Below are positions 45,001 through 57,810 of a stretch of DNA of 64,000 nucleotides, piece after piece. The stretch is from assembly GCA_904063045.1 (NCBI GenBank), contig CAJFCJ010000006.1, positions 4,728,408-4,792,407 on the forward strand, in the 5' to 3' direction. Each line of letters begins with the position of its first letter. Position 1 is the first letter of the stretch. This stretch comes from Dimorphilus gyrociliatus. Its lineage: Eukaryota; Animalia; Annelida. The position numbers and the translations under genes were made by a program. The notes under the pieces were generated by a model, which was given only the letters and a program-made list of their open reading frames with translations, ran no database searches and was not told the DNA's origin.

Positions 45001-46571
45001 TTAATTCCTGAACGTGATCCCCAACTTTAATGGAAGACAAGATGAATAAACTCGCTACAAATAAAACAAAAACAAAAATAATCACAAAAAGCAATTTGTA
45101 ATTAATTATTAAAGGATTAATTTATTCATTAATTAATATTTATATTTTCCTCAAATACTGTACTGACCAGATGCAGCAACAAGCTCTTGATCGCTTTCCA
45201 ATAGCAATTCCCACGCTACTGGAAGCATGTCAATAAAATTTTCTTCACTTAATATTGGAGCTGATTTACAGATTATTGCAAGAGGAGCTTGAGTTAAATT
45301 TTGAACCTAAATAATTTAATTATATATATTTATATGTACAAATAAGGCTTTATTCCTATTTCTACTCACCTGAGCTCTTAAATATTTAACAATTTTTGCT
45401 TCGTCTTTTACGTTTGATACCTTCTTTTGTTTCTTTTCGAGAACACTTGCTATTTTTGCTCTCGCAAAATTCACATCTTAATTTGGGATGATTTTAAAAA
45501 CAATAATAATTAATATTAATGCTAATTTAATTAATTTAATCAACCTGTTCGAATTTTATCCAACAATGGAGTACTTTCACGACGTTTTGGTGAAGAGGGT
45601 TGGAACATGGATTCCTAGTTGGGGGTAACAAAAAAAAAGGATAGCTTTACTAAGTTTATTCTTTCTCTTTTAAATTATTCATATCCAATTTTAGTTAAAC
45701 GTGACAGATAAGAACTAAAGTCGTGTATTGAATGAAATTTTTGGATAGTTTCTTTCACCTTATTTCTACAGAGGTTAAATTAGGTCAACTAATAGCTAAG
45801 CGATTATTATCAACTGAATGAAGGCAGATTTAAGTTAGATTTTTTGTGTTATTATCATTTTTTACCTCATCCATTACTGCACATCGGTTTTTCTATAAAA
45901 TTTTTACTTCAAACTTCACTAATGAATGGATTCTATGTAAAAGATTTAAATTTACCCTTCTCTTCATTTTATCCTTGAATTTCTCCCTCTTATTTTCGTG
46001 ATTGTCATCGTTTTGCATCATACTTTCAGGTGTACTATCGTAAACTTTACGTGCTGCATTTAAAAGACGAACACAACTTCTCCTTTGTCTTTCGTAACAA
46101 TTCGTATGACAAAATTGTTGATGTTCGCAGATAAAATTTGAATTATTAGCCAATCGTATTACGACTTTTATCCAAGGCATACACTTGGATAAGTCCAGTT
46201 CATCTTCGACAGTCGTTTCGTCCGCTTCAGTATTTGCCGAAGCTCCCTGCGTATTTTCGTCGTCAGCACTATGATCGTCGTCAGATTTCTCAGATTTCAA
46301 AGACTGAGTCGATACTTTCCTAGCACACCTAATACTTCCAACTCGCCTTAGGCCTATTTTAAGAATAAGAGAAAACAATTTTTCTTAATAAAAACATAAT
46401 AAAAAAGTAAGAATCACATAATAAGAATATGATAAGAGAAGTAAATAATAATGATAATAATAATAAAAGAATTAAATCATCCATCCATGTATAAAAAAGG
46501 ATTATCATATCCTTTTTATTAATGATGAAAAAAGTTAGCATGCCAATAAAATAGATGAATAATTATGTATT

Positions 46572-46607
<36 letters not shown>

Positions 46608-49600
46608 TTGAGTTAAAAAGGGAAAGGTAAGAAGATAAAATGTATATATGTATATTATGTATATATATACATATATACAAGGAAAAACACGATATATACA
46701 AAAGACACGGCTCATATTGACACACTCACACGCATACACACACACATTTATTTACTCAGTCACTCATTCACACGCATATATATACCGTATAAATTTATAC
46801 ATATACAGTATATATCTGTATATATTTACTTATATATACATTGATACATACACGCACACATGTACACATACACACAAAAAATCACAACAATACATTGATA
46901 TATATTAGTATATAACGATATATATACTGTACATATTTACTGTATATACATACATATAAATAAATATACATATGTATATACACACGTTAATAGATCATCA
47001 GATTATAGTTCCGTTGAATTGGGTATATTTCTGATGATTTAATCACCAAAAAGAAAATAATAAAAAATACAAATACAACTGCAATTTTTACCAGGTGAAC
47101 TACAGGCTGGATGTTCCGGTACACCCAGAGCATAATCGTCAGAATCTTCACGTTTCATTCCTTCTGGAAAGTTATACGCAGAAAGGGACATAATAAAAAT
47201 TGAATAGGAAACTCTAAAACACTTTTACTTTTCCTTCAACTCTAATAATACTTAGAAAGAATGATAACTTACTTCCGGTTTCCCTTTTAACTTTAAAGCT
47301 TCTTTTTAAGCTAGAATTATGGCCAGAGCCTCTTCTCATCTTCAATAATTTACTTTTATTACTAGACTTTTTATTCTTTTCAGCTTCTGGCATTGCTAAG
47401 GATGTTGTACTACTATGTAAAGAATCTGACTTTTCTTCCGATCTTCCCCTAACAGCAAAACTAATTTTTCTGTCGCTCGGGCTGTTAACTAGTTATTTTA
47501 AAAAGGAAAAAGAAAGGAAATTGTATACCAGTTTATATATTATATATATATAAGAATTTGATAATCAAATATTGCATTTTAAAGTAAAAGTTGAAAGTAC
47601 TTACCCATTAGGCCTAAATCTCCTTGGGAACTTCTAGAATTGCTACGATCCGAATGAGGTGGACTATTCAATCCGCTTGACCTCCTTACACTAGGTACTT
47701 TGACAGGTTTAACTTTGGGTAAATATTGAAAGGTTTCTCTAAGGAAAGTAGTTATTTCGAGAAGTAGCTGACAAGCCACCATCTTCAAAGCGTATGGGCA
47801 ATCTGACCCAGAATGATTAACAGTTGCTTCATCTAGGAAGTCCTCTTCGTCATCTTCAACTCTCAATTCTTTCTTTACTTTTTCATCTTTTACTTGTTGC
47901 CCGAAAGCAAAATTATCGTTGGCCTCTTCATTAAGAATATACCACATCCTATTAGCGATAGCTTCACCCCAAAGATGAAACATTTTAGCAGCATTTCTTT
48001 GCAGTAAAAGTGTATATTTGTAGCCAGTTGGCTGATTCCGGTTATGGAAAGACCTTTATTTTTTTTTAAAGAAAAAAGAATTAGATAATTATAATGATTT
48101 CTAGCAGTTGTCGGTTTTTGTTTTCAAGCTATCTTATACAAATGTATCATATATTATATAGTACAGATACGTATTTTACGTATATATTGTAATGCTGGAA
48201 TGTATTGCTGTCTTTATATACGATAATATAGCGTGTAGGAAGCAAATATTAAGAAAGATTTTTTTAATTAAACCTTCTTGCTAATTGAGGTAAATTCCTT
48301 TTCATCCAATTCGGCCATTCTCCTTTATTACATTTATTGATAAAGTAAGCGCATTCTAGAAAGAGCGTTGCCCTGGCAACTATTGGCGCCTCCTGTGAAA
48401 TTTTCAACGTTTTATAAATTGTATATAATAAAGACTACTTGAGGCTACCAAATCGAGCAGAGCAGCCATTAGATGAGCATCGGGTACTGTTCCTGGTAAA
48501 CAGCAGTCTAACATTAGATTAAAGCGGAGCATCCCCGATTTAACTGCATAACTGTTTACTAATCTCTTCTCTTTTAATAGAATCACTTCGGAAGTCATTG
48601 CATTATTAACTAATAAAGATTCTCTTTGGGAAGATTCTATTGATAAAAGACAGAATTAAACAAGCATATATAAGTTAGAGAAAAGTAGCTCACCATCGTC
48701 CATACTATCTCGTTTACTCATTCTGCGTTTGCTCCAGCTCCTTAAACCATCTTCTATCCGTTTTCGGGCACTTAAAAAGGTCAGAGTTGCTTGGCCAGCA
48801 GCTTTAAATGACATTTTTGACTTGGAGCGAAATGTATCGGAAGATGGAGATGATTTACTCTCCCTTCTACTTTCGTAGTCACTTTGGTCATCTTCATGAT
48901 CGGATCTAGCTCCTGTTCCACTTTTCTTCCAAGCACCTTAAAATAGCATTAGCCAATTAGGCATGTCCTTTACTGTTATAAATTTAAACTGACTTAGCGC
49001 GAATTTGCTGAACTTTCTTTTGGGAGTAGTAGGACCTGAACTCGGCTCTTCTCCTTCTCCGGAGACAGAGACTCTAGGACTAAGCTTTCCGGTTCTCTGC
49101 TCATCGAGCGTTTCCGAGTCACTAGCTGCTCCTTGTGCATTCGTTAATGCCTGCTATATGAAAAGAATAACAAATGTCACAATAAAAGAAGAAAAATAGG
49201 AGAATCTCTTATTCAAGGCCTGAATAAAAACCTTTCGCGTTTTCTTCCTAAATAGAGATCTTCTGCTTCCGCTACCCGATTCATCCAAAGAACAGAAAGA
49301 TAATGTTTTTTGTCCATCCTCCGCATTATCCGAATTCATCGACATAGTCCGCCTATAAGGGAGAATTGGAATATTTAGTCGAAATCTAATAAGATAGAAT
49401 AAATGGAGCAATGAAGCAGTTTTTTTAATATATTCATTTTTTTATCAACTGTCTTAATACCCTCGTTTAGGATAACTTGCCATGCTCTATCCATGCATAC
49501 AAGAAATTGGAACCACCATTTTTTTATAGCTATTAAGTTGTTCTTTTAAAGTTATATATTAAAAATTTTGACGGTAACTTTCCAATTTTGTTTTTGTATG

Positions 49601-50292
49601 ATAAAAGTAAGGAAAAAGGAGATTAGTACTTTTTTTTCTTTAAAAAATTGTGGTACATAAACAATCTGAACTAAATCGTAATCAAATATAGAAATAAAAA
49701 ATATGTATATATGTACGTAAATCATCAACATAACAACAAAAGTAAAAAACAAATCAATTTTTTTTTAAAAAAAAAAATGGACTTTGAATCAATAAAACAT
49801 AAACAAAAAATAAAGTTGTCCTTCATTTGACCAACATCTTACCTGATGTACTTAAGTAACGGTTTAGATCTACGTTTAAAAACACCAGTTTTGCCGCTAG
49901 TTTCCGCCTCATTTCTGGAATACGCCAAATCAGCCCGCGCAAAATAATTTTTTTTTTCACTGTATATACATTTATCTAAACGTTCCATTAAACTATTTTG
50001 CAGCTAAGAACAATGTTTTTTTTTCTTTTTTTTTTTAATTATTGGAAAAAAGTGTTTATATATATACTTTATATATATATATAAGTATATATGTCTATAT
50101 ATAGGTATATATATATATATATATATATAGTATATATAAAGAAATTTGCAATACAACTAGGTATCAAAAATGCAAAAAAGTGTAAAAATAAAAAATAGAA
50201 AAAAATATATCTATATGCATGTCTACCTATCTATTTCTAAAATATAGAACTGTTAGATAGACATATATATATATATATATATATTTATATTG

Positions 50293-50324
<32 letters not shown>

Positions 50325-50426
50325 AGAGAGAAAGACTATATATAAAATAACAATGATGTGCTAAATATTCTCAAATTATTATATTTCTCTATAGATTGTT
50401 GTTTGCTAGCTTTCACTGTTTTTTCC

Positions 50427-50467
<41 letters not shown>

Positions 50468-53400
50468 TTATATATAGAGATTTATCTTCTCTTCCTATAT
50501 TTTTTTGTCCCTCTCTTTTTTTCGTAATCATATGCTTTCTCTTTTTTCAAATCAAGAAAAAAATATAAAAAAGAAAAATTTTCTTTGATGTGCAAAAAAA
50601 AAAAATGAAATAAAATTATTCAAAGAAAAAGATTTCGACACGTAAAAAAAACGTGTGTACATGTTTTATATTTTAAAAAAATGTTATAGTTATTTTAATT
50701 TAGATAGTAGAAAAAAAAAATATATCTATTTCGAAAGATAGGATTTTTTTTTCTTATTAGCTGCCTTACATGATTGAATAAGTAAAATTCGCTGAAATTA
50801 ACTTACTTAATAACTGTCGGAGGCATCTTTTCTTCACCTAATTTCCTCCTATCGACTGCGTCTACTAAGCCGCTTAACGCTACTTTTCTAAAAGTACTGC
50901 CGTGTGTCTCTTTTACGTGACAAACGAACTGACGAACGTCGCAATATAAATTCTTTACAAATAGGGAAAAGAAAAGTGTTATTTAAATAATTACTCAAGT
51001 AAAAATTTATACTTACTATATTGTCTTGAGAGTGAATTTCTTTCGACGAATCGACAAATTTTGAAATGAGTTTCTTTAATATAATAAGAACGATAAAACT
51101 ATCGGCTTTCCTTTCCTTTCCCTGATCTTCGCCAAAGTTGCTTGAGTAACCAGTTTTATTGCTTTCAGAGGAGCTTGTTTTCCTGCTTTTCTTATCTTCG
51201 CCTTCTGAGCAAAAACCGAGAAGAGCGTGCAGAAAGTTCATGGTTGATTGCAGTTGTTGGTCTACTAGAGTTTTAGTAATAAACGTGCTGAAAGAGGACG
51301 GATTAATATTCCTCAGTCTATCTAGGCCATTCAGAGCGTGGCTACGTAACTTGTCTCCTATGTTACCGCGGATAGCCTCATTACCTTTAGAACAATTATG
51401 GCGATTGTGTGAATAATCAATTAACAAGCATTGTTTGTTTAATATACTTACAACCATAAGGACAGCCCAAGCATCGATATATTCTGCACATTGTTTCCAT
51501 AGCCATGAAAAAACATCCATCCTTCTCTTTTTGATCAGCTTTTGAGTCAGTTTCTTTTACGGAATTTGGATTGTTATTATTGTTATTGTCGTTTCCTCTT
51601 TTTGATTTTTCATCATTCTTCTCCTCTTTCTCAATTATACCAAGGTCTAGAAGACAATCGACAATATTTAAAAGCGCCAAACAAACTCTTGCGCTACAAT
51701 CTCTTGATGAAACGATATAGGCTGCTTTTAGTACAACGGCATAATCTAAATGGCCGTTTGAGTCTGTATAGTAGACGCAACCGGCAACTTCCTGCACCTC
51801 TTCCGTTGACAAATACGATATGTTTGAGTCAGTTAAACTTCTTTGCGCTCTTAACAAACGTTGTTCGGGATTAACTGATCTTGCAGAGATAAGACTCTCT
51901 CGTTTTACACTCTTCCAAGACGATTGATAACTTGGTGAGGGTTCTGGACTATCTTCAGTTATAGTGATGATTGGATTTTGTCCTGTTAAATCAGGTTTTA
52001 AGCTACCTGTTCTGCATGCTGAATCGTTTGCCGAATTATTAATTGTAACAGATGTCGCCTGACTTGGATCGACAACTATGGACGGCATACTCTTTCTTCT
52101 AACAAGCTGAGTGCTAGAAGAAGCAGAGGATAAACTATCGTTTTCCGTCAATTCTTCCTGTTCGCATAGCTTTGTTAGACTACCAGCCTGATAATCTGGT
52201 GTGCATCTGCCTGAAATGTTTTCGTCACCTTCGAATTGCTCGCAAGATTGTCGCCTTATTAACTTTTTCATTTTATCGTCCAATAATTGTTTAAAGTCTT
52301 GCATTCTACTTCGTTTGAACGACGATTCTTTTTTAGTAACGCCTTTTTCAATGGACGGATGAAGAATGAGACTGTCTCGTCTTGACGATATCACCGTTAG
52401 GTCGTCTATTATTGAACTCTTTGTGTCGGGATTTGGCAAAGACTTTGAACGCTCTCGAATTAACTCAAAGCTTGAAATTTCGTCAATGACTTCGAGAAGA
52501 CGTCTATGCACATATTTCAAACACCAATAGACGCCTTCCTCCTGCCATTGGCTACAAAATAGACACCTTAAAACTGCGACATCCATATAGGAAGCACTTA
52601 GAACGTCGACACGGTCGGAAATTATCTTAGAACTGTCGATGTTCGATGACTTAGGAGATTGTGTAACCGATTCTACCTTCGTTAGAGTACATTTCCTTTT
52701 CTTTTCCGTTTGACTGCACTTGCATTCAGTTTCTCCATGTTTTCCATAAATTATTTCATTACATACTTCACAAATCACCTCGACTACTGCCGTTTGTGTA
52801 TCAGCTGCCTTAACTGGTGGAGACTGAGCAGCTGATTCTTCTTGTTCTTCTTCTTTTTGATTATTATCTTTCATCTCCTCGACCTCAACTTTAACTTCCT
52901 CATCTCTTTCGATCTCAAAATCTTTCATATCTAAATCTCGTCGTTGTTTCGTTGAGAAAGGCTCTTTACGAACGAAATCCTTGTGAACTCTAGCTTGACT
53001 ACGTCTTGGCTTAACAGGCATGGAAAAGCATGGAATATCCGGTTGCCTATGCTCCCAGAGAGGTATCCAAAGTCGTAAACCATTTTCAAGTTTTAAACTT
53101 TGAAAATCTTCTTCCCTAATAGAACTTAACAAAGGACCGAAAAAGTAGATAAATAATTGAATCGTCTCTAATGAATGTAAATAATTGCGCAGATTTTTTT
53201 CTTTTTCCTTTTGTTTTTCTGGGGATGAAGCTGTTTGTTCATCACCCAAATAAATATCTCCGGTTCCAGTTCCGGCTCCCCCAGTTGTTCCCTCCTCGCA
53301 TTCAGATGCAGCATCTAACAAAATCCAATGCAGTGTATACAAAAGCTTAATTTCGTTCGGACCGAATTTGCAGCCTGGACTAGATTCTTTCCGCTTCCGG

Positions 53401-53784
53401 ATTAGAACGGAACAACAGTGCATTACATGAGGCAGAGCTGCTTGTATTACTTTCCATCTGTCAACACTTTGCAACGCTTCACATAGACTAGGCGATAAAC
53501 CGTGCAGGATGTTTTGAACTAATACCCTCTCAAATGACTAAAACATAAATAACAACGAAAAATGATGTAGTTTTTAATTAACCTTCAACTCACCACACAT
53601 GATGCTTCGCACAATTTTCCCAATTTCAATCGAAAGAAGGGGCTATAAATGACAAACCCTATAATTCGCGCCAAATGAGCATAATTAATTACCTAGTTTG
53701 TCGCCATAAAAAGGTTTGTATGGGGATTGGAATCGTCTGATCGCCTTCAGCGTCGTCATTGTCAGCAAATTTTCGCTTCACCAT
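34894..53784 (-). CDS. UNC80: UNC80, NALCN channel complex subunit (multi-exon, about 19 kb)
   Basis: N-terminus MVKRK...IPIPIQTFLWRQTSPF...EASCVSFERVLVQNILHGLSPSL...LPHVMHC. Internal motifs GLRLWIPLWEHRQP, DVAVLRCLFCSQWQEEGVYW, GMLRFNLMLDCCLPGTVPD, APIVARATLFLEC and VRFHVLWKFRHQVWPRME. C-terminus PDTCV* (PDZ-type, comparable to human DESHV). Confidence 0.97.
35735..35975. repeat. (TA)n-rich tract in a UNC80 intron
   Basis: Multiple TA runs, which produce spurious YI-repeat ORFs. Confidence 0.85.
46570..46985. repeat. (TA)n/(CA)n low-complexity tract in a UNC80 intron
   Basis: Mixed TA and CA dinucleotide repeats. Confidence 0.8.
50055..50475. repeat. (TA)n and (GA)n microsatellite cluster in a UNC80 intron
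   Basis: TA runs at about 50060-50135, 50265-50290 and 50432-50475, and a GA run at about 50293-50330. Confidence 0.85.
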
Positions 53785-53983
53785 GTCGAGTCAAGATCCC
53801 CTATCATATCAATACACGCATCTGTAACATCACTAGCTAGTTTGTCCTCACGCCATTTTGATTTCCCGCGATAATTTATTAGACTGGTTTCTTTTCAAAA
53901 TCATAGTATGGTTCTTATCCTGCATGACCTTGACCTAAAAAGGAACCGTATTTCGACATAAACAACCATTCTTACCCTTCAGG
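53785..53983. promoter_or_regulatory. Bidirectional promoter between UNC80 and rhodanese, with YY1-like, E2F-like and DR0/ERRE motifs
   Basis: The two ATGs are 200 bp apart. Motifs cgccattttg (about 53851), tttcccgc (about 53863) and TGACCTTGACCT (53925-53936). Confidence 0.55.
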
Positions 53984-54729
53984 ATGGCATCTTTCGTCCT
54001 TCGAAATCACTCCCTCTTAAGAACTTTACGTAGAGTGAATAGATCAACTGTGGAAAATATTTTCCGGTCAAATCAACCAATGAATTTGTCGAATGCCGGA
54101 AACCTTAGAACATTGTCAACTGGCAAACATTTTAAACCGGCTTTTAAACTAGACACATACAGTATGTTTAAATTGTAGATAGCTATAACTACATAAAAGA
54201 CTATACTCCGTATTTCAGGAAGAAATCTATCAAGCGAAATTCCAACTTCTAAAAAAAAAGAGCTGTCAATAGAAGAATTGATAGCGTTAATTGAGGCTCG
54301 AGATATTAAATTAATAGATGTAAGGGAACCCAAGGAAATAGAGGAAACTGGTTATATAAAAGGAGCATTAAATATACCCTGTTCGTATCAGATTTTTTTC
54401 TTAAATAGTTTCCTTCTTCTTACAAAGTAAAACTTTTCCAATATGTTCTTTAGTAACAAAGTTAAAGGAAGCCTTACAAATGACTCCAGAATCATTTTCG
54501 GAACACTACAAACGTTCTCAGCCCCAAAAACACGATTCAAATATCGTTTTCTACGGGCTTGGTAGCGTAAAAAGTACAGCCGCTCTAGAAATTGCACATA
54601 GATCTGGATTTAAAAAGTAGCTTATCTGAAAAACTGAAAATTATAATATTAAATTCTTTTCTTTTCAGAGCCAGACATTTTCCAGGAGGTTGGGAAGAAT
54701 GGAGTACAGAAGTTAACGCAAAAAATTGA
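53984..54729 (+). CDS. Single-domain mitochondrial rhodanese-like protein (TSTD3-like) lacking the catalytic Cys
   Basis: Four exons. Arg/Ser-rich presequence, motifs LIDVREPKEIEETGYIKGALNIP, NIVFYGLGSVKS and FPGGWEEW. Confidence 0.88.
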
Positions 54730-55852
54730 CTTGAAGAAAGTATTTATCAAACTTGAAGAAAAAAATAACAACAAAATTTCGAATATATCTTTTTTTTTAT
54801 AAAAAAAAAAGAATATATATCCTTGGTTCTTTTTGTTTAATTATTATATTTTTGTATCTGAATTATTCGGTCGTAAAGTAGCTTACCTTATTCCGTTTTA
54901 TAACCAACCTTTAATTATTGTCTAATTCCTTTTTTGTCTTTTATTATTTTGTTTAAAAAAAAATTTTCATTAGACAAAAGCCAATTTCGATTCTACATGA
55001 TACAAGTTATTAATGAATATCATTGTGATAAATATTGTTTTCGAGAAAGCCTATTAACATTTTTAAAATGTTAATTATGCTGATAATTAAATAAATTCAT
55101 ACGATTTGATTCAATTCATATTCGTAATTGTTGCATTAATATTGGAGTTTCTGCAATATTCTTAATTATTTCTCTTGTATCAGCAAAGGTTATAGTTTTC
55201 TAAAAACACGATGAGTTTACAAAGTCATTGTCTTATTCATTGAACAACTCCTACACGACGCTACAGTTTAATGACGTCTTATTTGAAAGGAAGTGTAATA
55301 CATCTGCTGACAAAGCATCTTTTTCCTATATTGAATGAAGAAAGAAGGCTTGTTGATATGTTTTTGTAGGAATTATTGATCTAAATTTCATTTTGGCTGA
55401 ACAATAGATGAAATATTTTTTTTCAAAATATTTCAGATATTCATGGCTAATTAAGTTCTATTAATTATTTACTATTAGCTCTTCGTTAGGTCAGGATATC
55501 AGTCATTGATTTTACAGATTGTTCCAAGCAAGACATTGCTGACTACCTCATTTACTCATACATTACCCTATTAGAGGAAATGTACCGTTATTTCCGGTAT
55601 ATTGATTATATAAATATATATAAAATTTATATACAGAATAAAGATAGTTTAAATATCCATTATGAAATAATAGTGAAACTGTAAAAGAGATTTATTGAAG
55701 CCTCCACAAACTGTTTCGATACGTTAAGGAACGATAGAGACATAATAATACATAGTTTATTATTTGTTTCAATCAACAATTACTTAAATCTTAACTCTTA
55801 TTCATGAAATAACTAATAGATCTTATTCTTCCAATTTCCGGCAGCCTTTTAT

Positions 55853-57592
55853 TCAATTCAGCTTTCCTATTTCAAATTTCTTGAATATTTCGGAAGCAGA
55901 AAATATAAGGCTATCGATGATTCCAGCAACGGTGAAAGTTCCGCCCACAATTGCGCATAATGTTGTTAAGAACGAATATATTGGCTTTCTTCTCTCATGA
56001 TATCTGTAAAATAATTTAATATAATATTGATAAATATTTAGTATGCACATATACGTGTTTGTACGTCGTCAAGATGTCTATATGTACATGTGTATAACGC
56101 TTAAAAACATATACTAATGCATATGTATATTAGTATACAGTATATACTATATATATATAAACAGTATAAAAAACCTAATCTAAAAGAGTAATATATGTTA
56201 AACATATCCTGTTTAAAAATATAGAATAAATTAACACAAATTCATATATCAGACATTTATCTATGTATATGATATATCTATAAAGAATAGTGTAATATTG
56301 TTGACACTTTACATACTTGACAGTAATTGGACTCAGATCATATCGAAACCAAATTGCTGGAATGAAGCGATGACCGTGGCCATATTGAATGTAATCCTAT
56401 AAGAAATAAGAGATGTGACATTAAAGTAGTTTTTTTTTCTAATTATGCATAACCTTACCCTGTAAGCAAATGTATATTGATAGGGATATATTGTGTAACC
56501 ATGGAAATTCTCAAAAATTGTTGGTACAACTTTCATGAAATAATCATGTGAGGACGTAGCTGATGGAATTAATGGTTATTTCTTACATGATATAAACAAC
56601 ATTTGTATGCTCACGATTCGCTTCTCGTTTATCTCTATTTATTAAAGGGTTGAAGGAGCCAGGTAAATCAGCAGCCTATAATAAAACACACTTTCATATG
56701 TATTTTTTATTTATTTAAGCTTTAAATCCACCTCAGGAACTTGATCGCCAAGTGTGACGTGGTGTATTAAATGTGTCATGTCGGGGCTGTCTGGTTGTTC
56801 AGAAGATGCGTGGGTTGATAAATGGAAGTTACCCGGAACCTGAATAGATATATTTTCAAATCTGTGCAATATCGATTTTTGTACGCATTTCAGTAAACAA
56901 ACCTTGTTAACTTGAAACTTGGCCTTAAATCTGCACCCTTCCCCATCGTTAAGAGGATCCTTAATGACAGAATCCACGTAACCAACCTCATGCCTTCCCA
57001 TATCATCTTGAATATCTAATCCTATAACTAATTTAACAAAAATAAGTAGAAAAATTCAACTATCTTTTACATACAATCGCATTTCATTTTCGGAAGAGTG
57101 ACATCAATAGAGATGGGAATTCTTTCAACCAACTTTGTAGGATCGTCAACAAACAGCTCGCTAACTCTGATATTTATAATTTGCATTAACATCAATAAAT
57201 ATATTTCATTTAAATAATCTAGAATATTTACGTTTCTGGGTAAAGGAATGAAGTAAGTTCAGACAAGAGAAGACATATTATAAAGAGTATGCTAGCAACA
57301 GATATATATGCTCCTGTTGTTGTTGGCTGGGTGAGATCTTTAGGGATTTTCCTATATACATCAAATCTGGAAAAATTAGTTACTCTTTAGTGATAAAACA
57401 TTTAAAGATAGCCTTTTAAAAAGTTTGTATCTTAATTTGAGTTAAAAAATCTATATCTATTCATATTATCGCTCTTGATTTTATAGAAGTTCGTAAATGT
57501 ATTTAATGCTTTCTATGTTTTTATTCAATTGAGTATAAGGTAATTAAGTTAGTTTGTATTTGTTTCCTCTACCTTCTTACGTCAAACTGCAT
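55853..57592 (-). CDS. ERGIC1: ER-Golgi intermediate compartment protein 1 (ERGIC-32)
   Basis: MQFDVRRFDVYRKIPKDLTQPTTTGA, DDMGRHEVG, GCRF, VPGNFHLSTH, and LTTLCAIVGGTFTVAGIIDSLIFSASEIFKKFEIGKLN*. Confidence 0.95.
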
Positions 57593-57810
57593 AATCGGAC
57601 TTTCCTTTCACTAACAAAACCGTAAACTTTTTATGACCCGGTCTACGTAACAGGAAACAAAATTTCTGCGCAGGCGTAGAGCACTATTTTGCAAGCGAGG
57701 GGGCCGATAGACGTCGCCACCGTAATGCATCAATGAAAACGTATCCGGCGCATTAGCATCAGCATCGTAATGAGTAAAGAGTGTTGTTTAATATTTCTGC
57801 CATCTTCTCA
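57593..57810. promoter_or_regulatory. Bidirectional promoter between ERGIC1 and DUSP
   Basis: Only about 220-255 bp separate the divergent ATGs. NRF1-like tgcgcaggcgta (57667-78) and CRE-like ctacgtaa and agacgtcg motifs. Confidence 0.5.

Noticed and set aside
48180-48194. 15-nt symmetric microexon candidate in UNC80 (SITIYT)
   Set aside because: Weak acceptor in TA-rich sequence; expected by chance.
48367-48380. Perfect X-box-like palindrome GTTGCCCTGGCAAC
   Set aside because: It lies in a conserved UNC80 coding exon (IVARAT), so it is explained by codon sequence.
55529-55550. TGAGGTAGT (let-7-like 5' end) on the minus strand
   Set aside because: Only the first 9 nt match let-7 and the flanks do not form a proper precursor hairpin.
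55100-55790. Coding-like plus-strand fragments between rhodanese and ERGIC1 (VRISVIDFTDCSKQDIADYLIYSY...)
   Set aside because: No consistent start-to-stop gene model and no recognisable homology; likely UTR or intergenic sequence.
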